From: Octopus vulgaris
Lineage: Eukaryota
Length of the DNA: 64,000 nt
Direction of reading: 5' to 3'
Assembly: GCA_951406725.2 (NCBI GenBank)
Contig: OX597831.1
Coordinates: forward strand, 23,808,001 to 23,872,000
Shown: piece after piece, positions 26,323-39,700 of the stretch
Layout: each line of letters opens with the position of its first letter
How positions within the stretch are numbered: position 1 is the stretch's first letter
Position numbers and translations under genes: made by a program
Notes under the pieces: model-generated
Databases searched by the model: none
Told to the model about the DNA's origin: nothing
The model's input: only the letters and a program-made list of their open reading frames with translations

Positions 26323-26488
26323 TTACATTATTTACATTTGACGGATATTTATCCTCATCTTGTTTGTTGTTAACACAACGTTTCGGCTGATATACCCTCC
26401 AGCCTTCATCAGGTGTCTTGGGAAATTTTGAACCTGGGTTCTCATTCTTGAGGTATTTTTCAATGTTATTATTATTATTATTATTATT

Positions 26489-26556
<68 letters not shown>

Positions 26557-26669
26557 TATTCAGTACACTGCCTGAAATCGAACTCGGAATCTTGGGGTTA
26601 GTAGCCTGTGCTCTTAACTACTACGCCATATGCCCAAGGACAAATATCCATCAAATGTAAATAATGTAA
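26323..26669 (-). mobile_element. tRNA-headed SINE with a hammerhead-containing Penelope-type tail and a 33-bp inverted tail copy
   Basis: Head 26634-26562 (A and B boxes), (GAT/TAA)n linker, tail 26460-26323; 26637-26669 is the reverse complement of 26323-26355 with 2 mismatches. Confidence 0.8.
26373..26416 (-). ncRNA. minimal type I hammerhead ribozyme
   Basis: ACAC-CUGAUGA-A-GGCUG-gaggguauau-CAGCC-GAAA-CGUU-GUGU: intact core, 5-bp stem II, 4-bp stem I, palindromic ACGU stem III. Confidence 0.75.
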
Positions 26670-27389
26670 ATAATGGAGAAATGTATATTTGCATGTAAGC
26701 CAATATGAAAAACAGAGCTGCTATAATAACAATATTGGATAACACAACAGAACCCAGCAGGTATTTTGTTGTCAGGACGTTTTTACCTGATTTGAAGGTA
26801 TTTTTTTGTGTGGAATCCAAAAAGGGAATCCATTTTTTTACCTGATTTCAAGAGACCCAAATCCCTTAATCATCAGTGGATGATATGCATGGGATATCAT
26901 TAAATCATAGAATAAGAGTCTGAATAGTTAAAGTGGTTGAGTATTCCACAGACACTTCTGTCATTGTTGTTATTTTCCTGCACACTCAGTGAAGTTAGTG
27001 TATAGGACAGGTGAGCATTTGAATTAGAGGACAGGTATGTAATTTGATATAATAACAATATTAAATAACACATCAATCAAAATCAAAAATCAAAATTAAA
27101 TTCGATGACTGGACGTTTTTACCTGATTTGAAGGATTTTTGATATGTGGAATCCAAAAAGGGGGCCCCTTTTTTTTATCTCATTTCAAGATACCCAAAAT
27201 TTCCTAATCATTACTGGGTGACATGCATGAACTTTAAAATGGCCAGTTTTCTCCTAAGGCAACAAAGTGGATGTGACAATTATCCATGCTTTTTATGAAT
27301 GCGGGACAACAAAGCCAGAGTAAAACGTTGAGTGATCAAAGAATGGCCTCAGCGAACATTAGTTCCAAGGTCTTTTAATGTGGCTGAAG

Positions 27390-27564
27390 AGGCGCAGGAG
27401 TAGGTGCAAGAGTGGCTGTGTAGTAAATAGCTTGTTTACCAACCACATGCTTCCGGGTTCAGTTCCACAGCATGGCACCTTGGGAAAGTGTCTTCTACTA
27501 TAGCCTCGGGCCGACCAAAGCCTTATGAGTGGATTTGGTAGATGGAAACTGAAAAAGCCCGTCG

Positions 27565-27614
<50 letters not shown>

Positions 27615-27840
27615 CACATGTGTGTGTGCTTGTGCATCTGTGTTTGTCCCCTCAACATCGCTTGACAACTGATGCTGGTGTGTTTACGTCCCCGTAACTT
27701 AGCAGTTTGGCAAAAGAGACCAATAGAATAAGTACTAGGCTTACAAAGAATAAGTCCTGGGGTCGATCTGTTCGACTAAAGGCGGTGCTCCAGCATGGCC
27801 ACAGTCAAATGACTGAACCAAGTAAAAGAGTAAAAGAGAG
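27390..27840 (+). mobile_element. OR-like CORE SINE nested in the transposase remnant
   Basis: Same family as 15207-15648. Confidence 0.85.
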
Positions 27841-28219
27841 CCTTTAATTAAACCAGGGAAAAAAAAATCATCCCACCTCCACTTCATGTCAAATTTGGCA
27901 TTATGAAGCAGTTTGTTAAAACTCTGGATAAAGGACAATGTTTTCACTATATCTGCTACATATTTCTCAGTCTGAGCAGAAAAATGATAAAATGTGGAAT
28001 ATTTGATGGGCTTCAAATTAGAAAATTCATGTAAGATGGGGGACTTTGTATGTTCATTGAATTGCATTGAGGCAGCAGCATAGAGTTCATTTGAAGTAGT
28101 TGTAAATTACTTTCTGGGCAACAAGAAAGCTGCCAACTATGCCAAAATAGTTGACAACATGCTAGAGTAGTTTCAAAAGATGGAAGCAAATAAGTGCATA
28201 AATCTGCCTTGTTTTCAGT

Positions 28220-28465
28220 CATCATGATCATCATGATCATCATGATCATCATGATCATCATGATCATCATGATCATCATGATCATCATCGTTTAATGTCC
28301 ACCTTCCATACCGGCATGGGTTGAACAGTTTGACAGGAAGTGGCCAGGCAGAAGACTGCACCAGGCTTTTGCTTTCTGTTTTGGCAAGGTTTTTATGACT
28401 GGATGCCCTTCACAGCACCAACCAACCAACCAACCAACCAACAACCCAACAGAGTGTCTGAAGGA
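28220..28465 (-). mobile_element. older RTE 3' UTR copy with an (ATCATCATG)n tail
   Basis: CTGGATGCCCTTC motif; 9-bp expanded tail. Confidence 0.7.
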
Positions 28466-28894
28466 ATTTTTAAGAGTTTTATTTGCTTTTCGGTGGAATT
28501 TTATGAAAACATTCTGCTTTTCAAGAAAAACCAATTTCTATGTTTGTCTTGATTCCCATGAGCTTTATTATAGAAAAACAGTAAAATTCCATGGATCCAG
28601 TATCTGGAAAGTTTGAAATGATGGTAATAAATGAATGTCATTTTCAGATTCTCTGTGTCAAAAAAGCCATAGTTCAGGTTCAAATCTTTTGACAACAGCG
28701 AAAAAATTCTTTCTTTCTTTTCGACCTGGCTTGTGTAATCTGAAGTATTTTTTTTTTATCTACTCAACTGACAAATTAGAAAATAACAGAGCTGCTTAAA
28801 GTTAAGTTGAAGAATTATAATTAATGTATTCCACATTTGAATCAAGCTTTAACCATCAAGTAAAACATTTAAACTGAAAAGAAAATTCTAAATG

Positions 28895-29268
28895 ACATCA
28901 ACATCAGCATCAAAATAAAAATCAAATGGAAATTGTAGTTGTGATACTTGCACCGGTGGCACGTAAAAAGCATCATCCGAATGTGGCTGATGCCAGTGCT
29001 GCCTTGACTGGCGTCCGTGCCGGTGGCATGTAAAAAGCACCAACCGATCGTGGCTGTTGCCAGCCTCCTCTGGCCCCTGTGCCGGTGGCATGTAAAAAGC
29101 ACCCACTACACTCATGGGGTGGGTTGGCGTTAGGAAGGGCATCCAGCTGTAGAAACACTGCCAGATCAAGATTGGAGCCTGGTGCAGCCTCCTGGCTTCC
29201 CAGACCCCGGTCAAACCATCCAACCCATGCTTGCATGGAAAACGAATGTTAAACGATGATGATGATGA
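28895..29268 (+). mobile_element. RTE LINE 3' UTR copy (~3 units)
   Basis: Family motifs and (GAT)n tail. Confidence 0.8.
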
Positions 29269-29419
29269 TTGAAAGAATTACAACATATGCAGTGAATGCA
29301 CATTGTAGCAAATATCTATGGACAATGATATTTAAATCATTCGATGGATTATTGCATTTTGAGTGTGCAGTTGTGCCAGGCAATCCCTACTCTACAGTTA
29401 CTGATGATAACTGTATTAA

Positions 29420-30062
29420 ATATTGGTTTCAAATTTTAGCACAAGGCCAACACTTTTGGTGATTGGAGTGTGTGAATTACATAGACTGAAGTGCTCAACT
29501 GGGACTTATTTTATTGACTCTGAAAGGATGAAAGTCAAAGCCAATCTTGCAGAATATTAATTCAGAATGCAAAGAGGGGTGAAATGCCAATAAACATTTT
29601 CCCAGTGTTGTAATAATTTTGCCAAGTGCTGTAACAATTCTGTGACAAATGCCACTAAGTGTTTTGCCCATAGCTGTAACAGTTTTGCCTGGTGCTGTAA
29701 CAATTCTGTAACAATTCTGTAACAGTTCTGTAACAAATACCACTAAGCGTTTTGCCCATAGCTGTAACAGTTTTGCCTAGTGCTGTAACAATTCTGTAAC
29801 AGTTCTCTAACAAATGCCACTAAGCATTTTGCCCATAGCTGTAACAGTTTTGCCCAGTGCTGTAACAATTCTGTAACAATTCTGTAACAGTTCTGTTACA
29901 GTTCTGTAACAAATGCTACTAAGTATTTTGCCCATAGCTGTAACAGTTTTGCCTAGTGCTGTAACAATTCTGTGACAATTCTGTGACAAATGCCACTAAG
30001 CGTTTTGCCCATAGCTGTAACAGTTTTGCCTAGTGCTGTAACAATTCTGCCAACTCACCATC
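29420..30062 (-). mobile_element. Meta-domain SINE with its head expanded into a higher-order tandem repeat
   Basis: AAAGGATGAAAGTCAAAG body; 29600-30045 carries repeated CTGTAACAATT and AAATGCCACTAAGCGTTTTGCCC units; ends TTCTGCCAACTCACC. Confidence 0.7.
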
Positions 30063-31166
30063 TTATAGTTGTTAAATATTTCTTCTTTAATATATGAGCT
30101 ACAAAAGTTTTTGTCAGAAGCATTTCATTGAAACTGTGGAGATATCTTCTAACATACCAGACGGTCCTCTCTAATGTGCAAATGTGACAAATGGGCAGTG
30201 ACTTTTAATGACACTGTCAGTGAAGGAAGAACAGCACCTTTCTTCAAAGGACCTCAAAGACTGGTGGGTGGAAGAGAGAAATTTGTTCTCAGACAGGTAC
30301 GTGCTCTGAATACTTGCAACAGGGTGGACTCTGCTAAAGGCATCTCAGTCTATCACTCAAGTTGCACCAATAATATTAAATATGTTGTTGTATTGTATCA
30401 AATATGCTACAGAGTAGCAGACTCTATCTAAGTTGTAAGACTTTAACATTCGTAACACAAATGGTGTTAGCTATGTTAATATAATGTTAAAAACTAACGT
30501 GTCATGTCTTAAGGTTAACCTTATAGCATTCAAAACACAACTAGGTGTTAGCAACATTGACGTATTCATATGAAAATGCTTGAAAACAATTACTGAACTA
30601 TCAAGAAGAAAATAAAAGATAAGGGTAAAGAAAAAAAAATGCAATGTGATTTTTCTGAGAGTGAATTGAATAGTGTTGATGTGGATTGTGATCAGCAAAA
30701 GTTATCCCAACGTGTCAACAAGCTTTGATTATGGACAGTTTGAATAAATAACAGTCTTAATGTTAGCCACATTTTGACTTGTTTGAATAGTAAATAGTTA
30801 AAACTTTTCTAAATGAATCACGGTGGTGGCACATTGGAAGAAGTAGAGGAAACAAGAAAATAATAAAAAAAAAAGAATAGAGAGATATAAATGCAGTTCT
30901 TTTTCTCTATTTTTTTCTTTGCATCTTCTCTGGCTTATTTGAAGTCCATTCAGGAGATTATTTTTCGTTATTTAACTTGGAATTTAACTTATTTCATCTG
31001 CAAGCCTTCACTCAAAATGACAGTAACTAGTCAGTCATGATGCACACTAATATTTTTCACAGTTTTATCATTTATTTTTGCATTACATTTGGTTCATGAT
31101 TGTTTGTTTGTTTGTTGGTGTTTTTCCCAATCATTCAAGCTGTGCTTTCAAATTTCATAATGGCTT

Positions 31167-31370
31167 ATCTCTCTCTCTCTCTCTCTCCCTCTCTCTCTCT
31201 CTCTCTCACTCTCTCTCTCTCTCTCACTCTCTCTCACTCTCTCTCTCTCTCTCTCTCTCTCCCTCTCTCTCTCTCTCTCCCTCTCCCTCTCTCTCTCTCT
31301 CTCCACTCTCTCCCTCTCTCTCTCCCTCCCTCTCTCTCTCTTTCTCTCTCTTTCTCTCTCTCTCTCTCCC
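31167..31370. repeat. (CT)n microsatellite
   Basis: Direct inspection. Confidence 0.97.
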
Positions 31371-31829
31371 CATCTCCACACTCATATTTTTCTAGATAAG
31401 TGTTTAACATTTCAGCCTACATTTAATGCATCAATAATAAGAATAATAAAACAGTACCAATAATAATAATAATAATAATTGAGATAAAACAAAGAGTAAA
31501 AAATGGCATATTGTTTTTTTAACATAAGTAAGGGCCCCAAATTTAGCAGGGAGCAAATATATTCAATATCAACCTCTAGAAAATTTTAAGTGATATTTAT
31601 TTTATTCTTATCTGACAAGGCTGACCTTGGAAGAATTTGAATTCACAAGACCATAAAGGAACATGACTTGATAATGGCCTTAAATTTTGACACATGGTGT
31701 GAGCAATTTGAGGGGAGGGGTTAAATCAATTACATTGACCCCCAGTGCTCAAATGGTACCTTTTTTTATCAACTCTGGAAAGATGGAAATGTAAAGTCAA
31801 CCTTGATGGAATATGAATTCAATATTGCA

Positions 31830-32238
31830 AAGCAAGTGTCTTCTACCATAGCCTCGGGCTGACCAAAGCCTTGTGAGGGGATTTGGTAGACGGAAACTGA
31901 AAGAAGCCCGTCGTATATATGAATATATATGTATATATATATATATATATATATGATATATATATATATGAATTAATAATAAAATAGGGAATAAATCCAT
32001 ATATGTATGTATGTGTGTGAATGTTTGTGTGTCTGTGTTTGTACCCCCAACAACTGATGCTGGTGTGTTTACATCCCCGTAACTTAGCAGTTCGGCAAAA
32101 GTGACTGATAGAATAAGTACTAGGCTTACAAAGAATAAGTCCTGGGGTCGATTTGCTCGACTAAAAGGCGGTGCTCCAGCATGGCCGCAGTCAAATGATT
32201 GAAACAAGGAAAAGTGAGAGAGTAAAGAGTAAAGAGTA
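31830..32238 (+). mobile_element. OR-like CORE SINE, 5'-truncated
   Basis: GCAAGTGTCTTCTACC... through the GTGCTCCAGCATGGCCGCAG tail. Confidence 0.8.
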
Positions 32239-32704
32239 TACAGCCACAAATAACTTTATTTGTGTATTTCACTGAGTTGTTGAGTAAATAATGCTAAGAT
32301 ATTGGAAGTATTATTACAAACAGTCACAGATCATGTTTCTATCAATAGGTAAACATCTTAAAGTTTGGAAGAAAGACTATAGGGATTTTTTTTCCTTTTT
32401 TTTTCATTTCATATATATTTCATCGCCATCTTTTCATGTTCGTCTTTAACACTTTACACAACAACATCTTACTATGTGGCTAACTTCCAAATTCTTCTCA
32501 AAGAATATTTATCAATAACAAAACACGAAGATTGAATAGTTTGTAAACATTTCCCACACACGTATGGGATGCATGCATGCACATGCACACGTGCACACAC
32601 ACTTATCCTACATGCACTCAAATGCTCACGCACACGTACACGCATACACACGGTTATTAAATGTGTGTGTTTGTCTGCAAATGGTTTCTATGTGTGTGTG
32701 AACA

Positions 32705-33082
32705 TAATCATCGTCATTGTCATCATCATCATCATTCTCATCATCATTACTATGGTCATTCATCATCATGATGACCATCATCATCATTACCATCATCATC
32801 ATTGTTATCATCATCATCACCAACATCATCATTGTTATCATCATCATCATCATCATCATCATCGTCATCATCATCATCATTATCGTCATCATCATCATCC
32901 TCATCATCATCATCATCATCATCATCATCTACCATCATCATCATCAACATCATCAGTACCACCATCATCATCACCGATATCGTCATCATCATCGTTGTCA
33001 TCATCATCATCCCATCGTCATCATCATCACTGTCATTATCATCATTGTCATCATCATCGGCATCATCATCATCATCATCATC
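32705..33082. repeat. degenerate (CAT)n microsatellite
   Basis: Direct inspection. Confidence 0.95.
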
Positions 33083-33271
33083 CCTTTGCATTTGCTTCCC
33101 CTACAAGCAAAGAATGGTTGTTTTGATCGAATCCACTAAACTCGGAGGATCCTCTCTTGGTCCAGTGTAACAGCTTTGGCATGGCTTCTATAACTGGATG
33201 CCCTTTCTAATGCTAACGAGTTTAGAGAATGTACTGGTTGACGATGTCAATAATGATGATGCTCTAACAAT

Positions 33272-33596
33272 TACTTTAGTCAAGCAAATCAATCCAAGGA
33301 CTTATTCTTTGTAAGCCTAGTACTTATTCTATCGGTCTCTTTTGCCAAACCTGTAAGCTACGGGGATGACGCACAAACATATACACACAAACATACATAC
33401 ATATATATATATATACGACAGGCTTCTTTCAGTTTCCATCTACCAAATCCCCTCACAAAGCTTTGGTCGGCCTGAGGCTACAGAAGAAGACACTTGCTCA
33501 AGTTGCCATGCAGTGGGACTGAACCCGGAACCATGTAGTTTGTAAGCAAGCTACTTACCACACCACCACTCCTATGCCTATATATACATAGATACA

Positions 33597-33642
<46 letters not shown>

Positions 33643-33832
33643 AGATACAGAGAGAGAGAGAATATATGATGGGCTTCTTTCCGTTTCTGTCTACCAAATC
33701 CACTCACAAGGCTTTGGTCGGCTCAAGGCTATAGTAGAAGACACTTGCTCAAGGCACCACACAGTGGGACTGAACCCGGAACCATGTGGTTAGTAAGCAA
33801 GCTACTTACCACACAGCCACCCCTACGCCTAT
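33272..33832 (-). mobile_element. two tandem OR-like CORE SINE copies
   Basis: Reverse-complement heads end at ~33579 and ~33830. Confidence 0.8.
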
Positions 33833-34321
33833 AGGAGACAAAATATCTAAAAAAAATGCTACATAAAATATTTAGCAAATGCTCTGAACTGGAAATCTCT
33901 CTTGCATTCAGTAATATGGAATCTTGCTTTAGTTTCATTCGTCTTTTTATGAGGCATCATTGTACTTTCAAGTGTTTGCTTGCCATGTGCGTCAGTGTGT
34001 GTGCATGTTGGTGTTTGTGTATGTATGTGTATGTGTGTGTATGTGTGTGTATGCTTGGCCTTATGTGTCTGTTGTCTTTGTACCTACTTGCATATTTACA
34101 TTAAAACCAAGCAGACTGTTGTTAGTTATGCTACTAATTGACATCTAACGAGATTGCAAAACTAATTGGTCATGGAGACTCCAATGTTGTCAATTGGTTT
34201 CTTCTTATTAACGGAGAAGAGAATTGGCAAGGAAGGAGCCAGGGGAGAAAGTAATATGACAGAAACAGCAAGAAGAGAGAAATTGCTGGAGAAGAAAAAG
34301 GAAACAAAAAGAAAGAAAACA

Positions 34322-34800
34322 AATGATGATGATGATGATGATGCTGATGATGTGTATGATGAGGATGATGATAATGATGATGATAATGACGACGACGACG
34401 ATGACGATGATGATGATGATGATGATGATAATCATGACGATGATATGATGATGATGGGTATGATGATGATGATGATGATGGCGATAATGATGATGATGAT
34501 GATGACAACGAAGATGACAACAATAATGATGATGACGATGGGTATGATGATGATGATGACGATGATGATGAAGACAACGATGATGATGATGATGATGATG
34601 ATGAGGATGAGTATGATGACGATGAGGATGATGACAATGGTGATGACGATGATGATGATGATGAGTATGATGACGATGAGTATGATGATGATGATGATGA
34701 TAATGGTGATAATGATAATGATGATGATGACAATGAGTATGATGATGAGTTTGATGATGATGATGATGATGATGAGGACGATGAGGACAATGACAACAAC

Positions 34801-34832
<32 letters not shown>

Positions 34833-34890
34833 CGCCACTTCCGCTGATGGTGACGATGTGTATGATGATGATGATGATGATGATGATGAA
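34322..34890. repeat. degenerate (GAT)n microsatellite
   Basis: Direct inspection. Confidence 0.95.
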
Positions 34891-35774
34891 GAAAGAAAAG
34901 AAGAAAGATGAAATGAGAAAGAAAAAAGAAGGATAAGAGAAACGGAGAAGACGACCAGTATTCATAGAAGCACACAATAGAGAGCGGAAGAAGCAGTATT
35001 GGAAAGCAGCAAAGAAGAGAGAAAAATGTTTTGTACCGAGCATACCATTCACCTAATGAATCCTACTCCAATCCTGCCCACCTCCACACAAAACTACCTT
35101 TGCCACCCCAACTTTGCCATCCACGACATCCTCACCTACATCCGACCACTTTCCTCCAACATGACACTTTCCTCCACACCCCCCACATGATACCTCCCAC
35201 CCATTCTACCATCTGTGTACTTCGTTCCACGTTCGTATGCCTCGCCCCCCCCCCCTCCTACACCCACAGTACAGTACCTTAACACCCACACAGCAAGGCA
35301 GCATTTCTGGCTTGCTTTTCGCTGTTTTTGTTCGAAAAGGGAAAAAATATTGAAAACGAAGCCTTTTCACAGTTTCAGTGAAAGACCTCAAATAGAAGAC
35401 TCTGTGTGTTTGTGTGTGTGTGTGTGTGTATGCGTGTGCGTGCGTGTGCGTGCGTGTGTGTGTGTATGTGTGTGTCTGTGTGCGTGTGTGTATTTGTATA
35501 GGGTGAGGTTTGTTTGGAGGTGTGCATTTGTGAGTTGCGGGAAGGTTTCTGTGTTTGTATGTCTTCGGGTTATTTGTGCTATATTGTGTGTGTATGTGTG
35601 TTGTGTTGGGTTCGCCAGGAAACAAGCCATTATGGGAAAAAAAAAAAACAACTACAATTCTGTCATTCATCTTGTAATGGAATAACATTTGAAAAGCAGT
35701 GGGTGTATACAAATGTAGCTGGATATATGGAAGGATGTACAGATGGCAGGTGAATAAAGTGATGAATGTACATG

Positions 35775-35824
<50 letters not shown>

Positions 35825-36068
35825 TTTACATTCACACACATATATATATATACATACACATATTCATATATATAGAGAGAGATAAATATACATACACATG
35901 TACATATACAGATAAATATGCATACATATGCATATACATATATAGAGAAAAATATATGTACATAAATGTGTGTGTGTGTGTGTGTGTATCTATATCTATG
36001 TATCTATCTGCCTATCTAACATCTAACTCTCTCTCACCACCCTCTCTCTCTCTCTCTCTCTGTCTCCT

Positions 36069-36104
<36 letters not shown>

Positions 36105-36989
36105 AATAAGACATTTTAACAGAATGTGATGACTGCATATATGATAAAGCGATTGCTAGCAAGTTTCTTAAAAAAAAACGTTAGTAGATATAACGTCAAA
36201 GGTAGTTTATAGAAAGAGAAGAAGGAGAAAGAAAGAAATTAGCAGAAAACTAATAGTGGAGAGCTATAGAGCAATAGGTAGATAGTAATAAAGCTTAAAG
36301 GCTTGGAAGTAGATATATTTAGTGGAAGTGAAATGTAAGAAGATAGTCAAAAGTCGAATTTATAAAATGGTAGAAATCTCTTATAGGAACTAAAAGTGTG
36401 CTTTTGCCAATGTTTGCAATGATAAACACATTCTATAAACGTGTTTACAAGAAGATTCTATGAGAACAGGATGAAATATATTTCAGTGAAATACATTACA
36501 TATATATATATAAATTTACCTTTATCATATGGAAATGATATAGATAGAATATTCCATTCCAAATCAAATTGTTTTTTATGATCCTTTAGATACCAAATTA
36601 ATTGCAAATGATTTGTTTATAGTGATCAAATGCATGTGCTGCACATTAGTTCACTGCCTCCATCAAATCAACATTGCCTGAGCAGGTGCATTGTGAACCA
36701 CACATCAGGTGACAAAGTGATCATAGAGCAATGTGAGATGAAGTGTTTGGTCAAGAACAAAACACATTGCCTGGTTCAGGAACTGAAACCATGATCTCAC
36801 AGTCCTGAGTGCAACACCCTAGCCACTACACCACACGTACTATATGTTTTACACACATATATATACATGTGTCTGTGTAAGCTGTCTAAGAGCCTATAAG
36901 TCAGGAAAAAGTGCACTTGTATAGCTGAAAATAGAATAAAAGAATTTATATATATATCTTTCTCACACATACAAACATGCATACACTCA

Positions 36990-37358
36990 TGGCCCTCCGT
37001 CGTTTATGATGATGAGGGTTCCAGTTGATCCGATCAATGGAACAGCCTGCTCATGAAATTAACGTGCAACTGGCTGAGTACTCCACAGACATGTGTACCC
37101 TTAACGTAATTCTCGGGAAGATTCAGCGTGACACAGGGTGTGACAAGGCTGACCCTTTGAAATACAAGTACAACAGGAACAGGAAGAAAGAGTGAGAGAA
37201 AGAGTACAACAGAGTTTGCCACCACCCCTTGCCAGAGACTTGTGGAGCTTTAGGTGTTTTCACTCAATAAACACTCACAATGCCCGGTCTGGGAATTGAA
37301 ACCGCAATCATATGACCGCGAGTTCGCTGCCCTAACCATTGGGCCATTGCACCTCCAC
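36990..37358 (-). mobile_element. tRNA-derived CORE-like SINE
   Basis: Head and body shared with 12845-13136. Confidence 0.8.
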
Positions 37359-39078
37359 CATGCATATACAGACACACATACGCATCAGCTATCACATTCC
37401 AAATGTTCTGCTAGATCAAGGGTGATTAACTAAGATAATTACTGAATGCATGGTACATTCTACTAAACCATCCTCAGTTACGAGAGACGGTTACAGTTAT
37501 ATATGAATGGTCAGCGGGTGAATAATACAGATATTGATATAGATTTGTGTATGGAAAGATGGATGGAAGAATGCTGGGTTGGGAGATTGGCATGGCGGTG
37601 AATAGTCCCATAACTATCAGAGTGAGAATTCTTCGTTCTTCTTTGTCTGGAAGTTATTTAGAACAGAAGTCAATGCAAGATCAATTTGAGCATGTCTTAA
37701 ACAAAACAGGAACAGCCATTCTTGTTATTTACTGCTGTATCGTGTGTGCATGCATATGTATATATGTGTGTGGAGGGGGAATGTAAAAATGTGTGTATAA
37801 ATATGTCTGTATATATGTATGTGAATATATATTGTGTATATGCATATTTACTCACACACACACACATACATTACATATACATACATATATATATATATAT
37901 ATATATGTATGTATACATGTATATGCATATATGTGTGAATGTGTATGTGTGTGTGTATATATGTATATATATGTATGTATGTGTGTGCATGGTGTATATA
38001 TATATATATATATATATATAATTCTGTGCTGCATATATATATATGTGTGATGGGGCACATGTAGGTGTGTGTGGAGGACATGCACATAGGTGGGTGTTAA
38101 ATAAATACGAAGAGTGAAGAGAAAAATGGAAATAAGAGCTAGGCCAGACATAAAATTTAGTCTTGTCATGTCTGAAGTCAAATAGATGCTAAAAGGTTCA
38201 AAAGTCTGCTTAGACATACCTAAACAATTTTCTTTTCTAAAAAGAGAAAAGGGGAAAATATGAAGAAAGAACCCCACAAATCACGAGTTCTATTTTGTAA
38301 TTTTTCCTTTCAAAGAAAAATTTTTTTTTTTTTTTTCTTTTTTGTTAGTTCTATTATATCTCTTTTCAGATTTTGTGTCTGAAACCTGTTTTACATTATT
38401 ATTAGCGCCATCGCAATTGTTCAATACTATTCTGATTTCTGGCTAAGCATGCACCAAAGTCTTTGCAATAGCATCTGCTAATTTCCTTCCAGACATTTCT
38501 ATAATTGCATGAAAAAAAAAAAAAATATATATATATATAAATGCAATTGAGGAAATTTGCACTTTCTTGATTTTATCCTAATTTTTTTTATAAACACTAA
38601 AAGTTTTCTAGAAAAGTTACCTGCCAGTGACTATCTTCCTTTACTGGTGTAAACTGATCTCTCTTCCCTTCAACAGTATATAAAATCATAGTTAACTATC
38701 AGTTCTATGATTCTTTGTGGTTCAGAGCAGACAGAATTAATTAATTTAATTTGGTCAAGATTTTTTAGTTCGTTTTGTCTTTCCCTCTTAAATTACTTAA
38801 ATTATAGTTTCGGTTTGAAATTTCAGCTTGATAAAATTGAAATTTTTTTTTTATAAACGAAATTTGTGGTTTAAAGAGTATCTTATTAATTAGAAATCTG
38901 TTAAAATTCTTTATAAAATTCCACATCATCTTAGAATCTTCAATTGCAAATAAGTTCATCCTAGCAACAGTATGAAATCATAGATGGTTGATTCATTACA
39001 CTATCTAGAAATTGTCGTCATAACCATCATCATAATCATTATTATCCTCCTCATCAGCATCATCACAATCATTATTAT

Positions 39079-39109
<31 letters not shown>

Positions 39110-39132
39110 ATCATCATCATTATTATCATTAT

Positions 39133-39399
39133 TAAAGTGGTGAGCTGGCAGAATTGATAGCATGCCAGACAAAATACTTAGCGGCATTTCATCCGGTCAC
39201 ACATTCGGAAATCAAATTCCGCTGATGTCGATTTTGCCTTTCATCCTTTTGGGGGTCAATAAAATAAGTACCAGTTGAATGCTGGGGTTGACATAATTGA
39301 CTCATCCCCTCTCCCAAAATAGCTGCTCTTTTGGCAAAATTTGAAACCATCATCATCCTCCTCCTCCTCCTCCTCCTCCTCCTCCTCATCATCATCATC

Positions 39400-39482
<83 letters not shown>

Positions 39483-39700
39483 GGTGGTGAACTGGCAGAA
39501 TCATTAGCACACTGGGAGAGATGCTTAGTGGTATTTTGTTTGACTGCACATTCTGAGTTCAAATTCCTCTGAGGCTGACTTTGCCTTTCATTTTTTTAGG
39601 GGCTTATATATTTAGTACCAGTGAAACACTGGGGTTAATATAATCAACTAGGCCCCTCCTGCAAAATTTCAGGCCTTTTGCTTTTCATAGAAAGGATTAT
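39133..39700 (+). mobile_element. two Meta-domain SINEs in (ATT)/(CAT) microsatellites
   Basis: Heads GGTGAGCTGGCAGAA at ~39139 and ~39486; TTTGCCTTTCAT bodies; different tails. Confidence 0.75.

Larger units (their letters stand above)
26743..28735 (+). mobile_element. decayed Chapaev3-type (CMC) DNA transposon with nested insertions
   Basis: TAA-CACAA...TTGTG-TAA ends; subterminal TGTTGTCA/TGACAACA; transposase remnants FKMASFLLRQQSG..YPCFL (~27230-27370) and PPLHVKFGIMKQFVKTLDK...GIFDGLQIR...NYFLGNKKAANY (~27870-28210). The family name is from recalled motifs. Confidence 0.75.

Noticed and set aside
26562-26634. Functional tRNA gene
   Set aside because: The acceptor stem does not close and the head runs into repeat body; it is a SINE head, as are the other tRNA-like heads.
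32569-35052. Poly-His/Ser/Met/Asp ORFs
   Set aside because: They are translations of (CAT)/(GAT) microsatellites.
38760-38965. Possible NUMT (very AT-rich, rRNA-like)
   Set aside because: No mitochondrial rRNA or protein motif could be recognised by eye.
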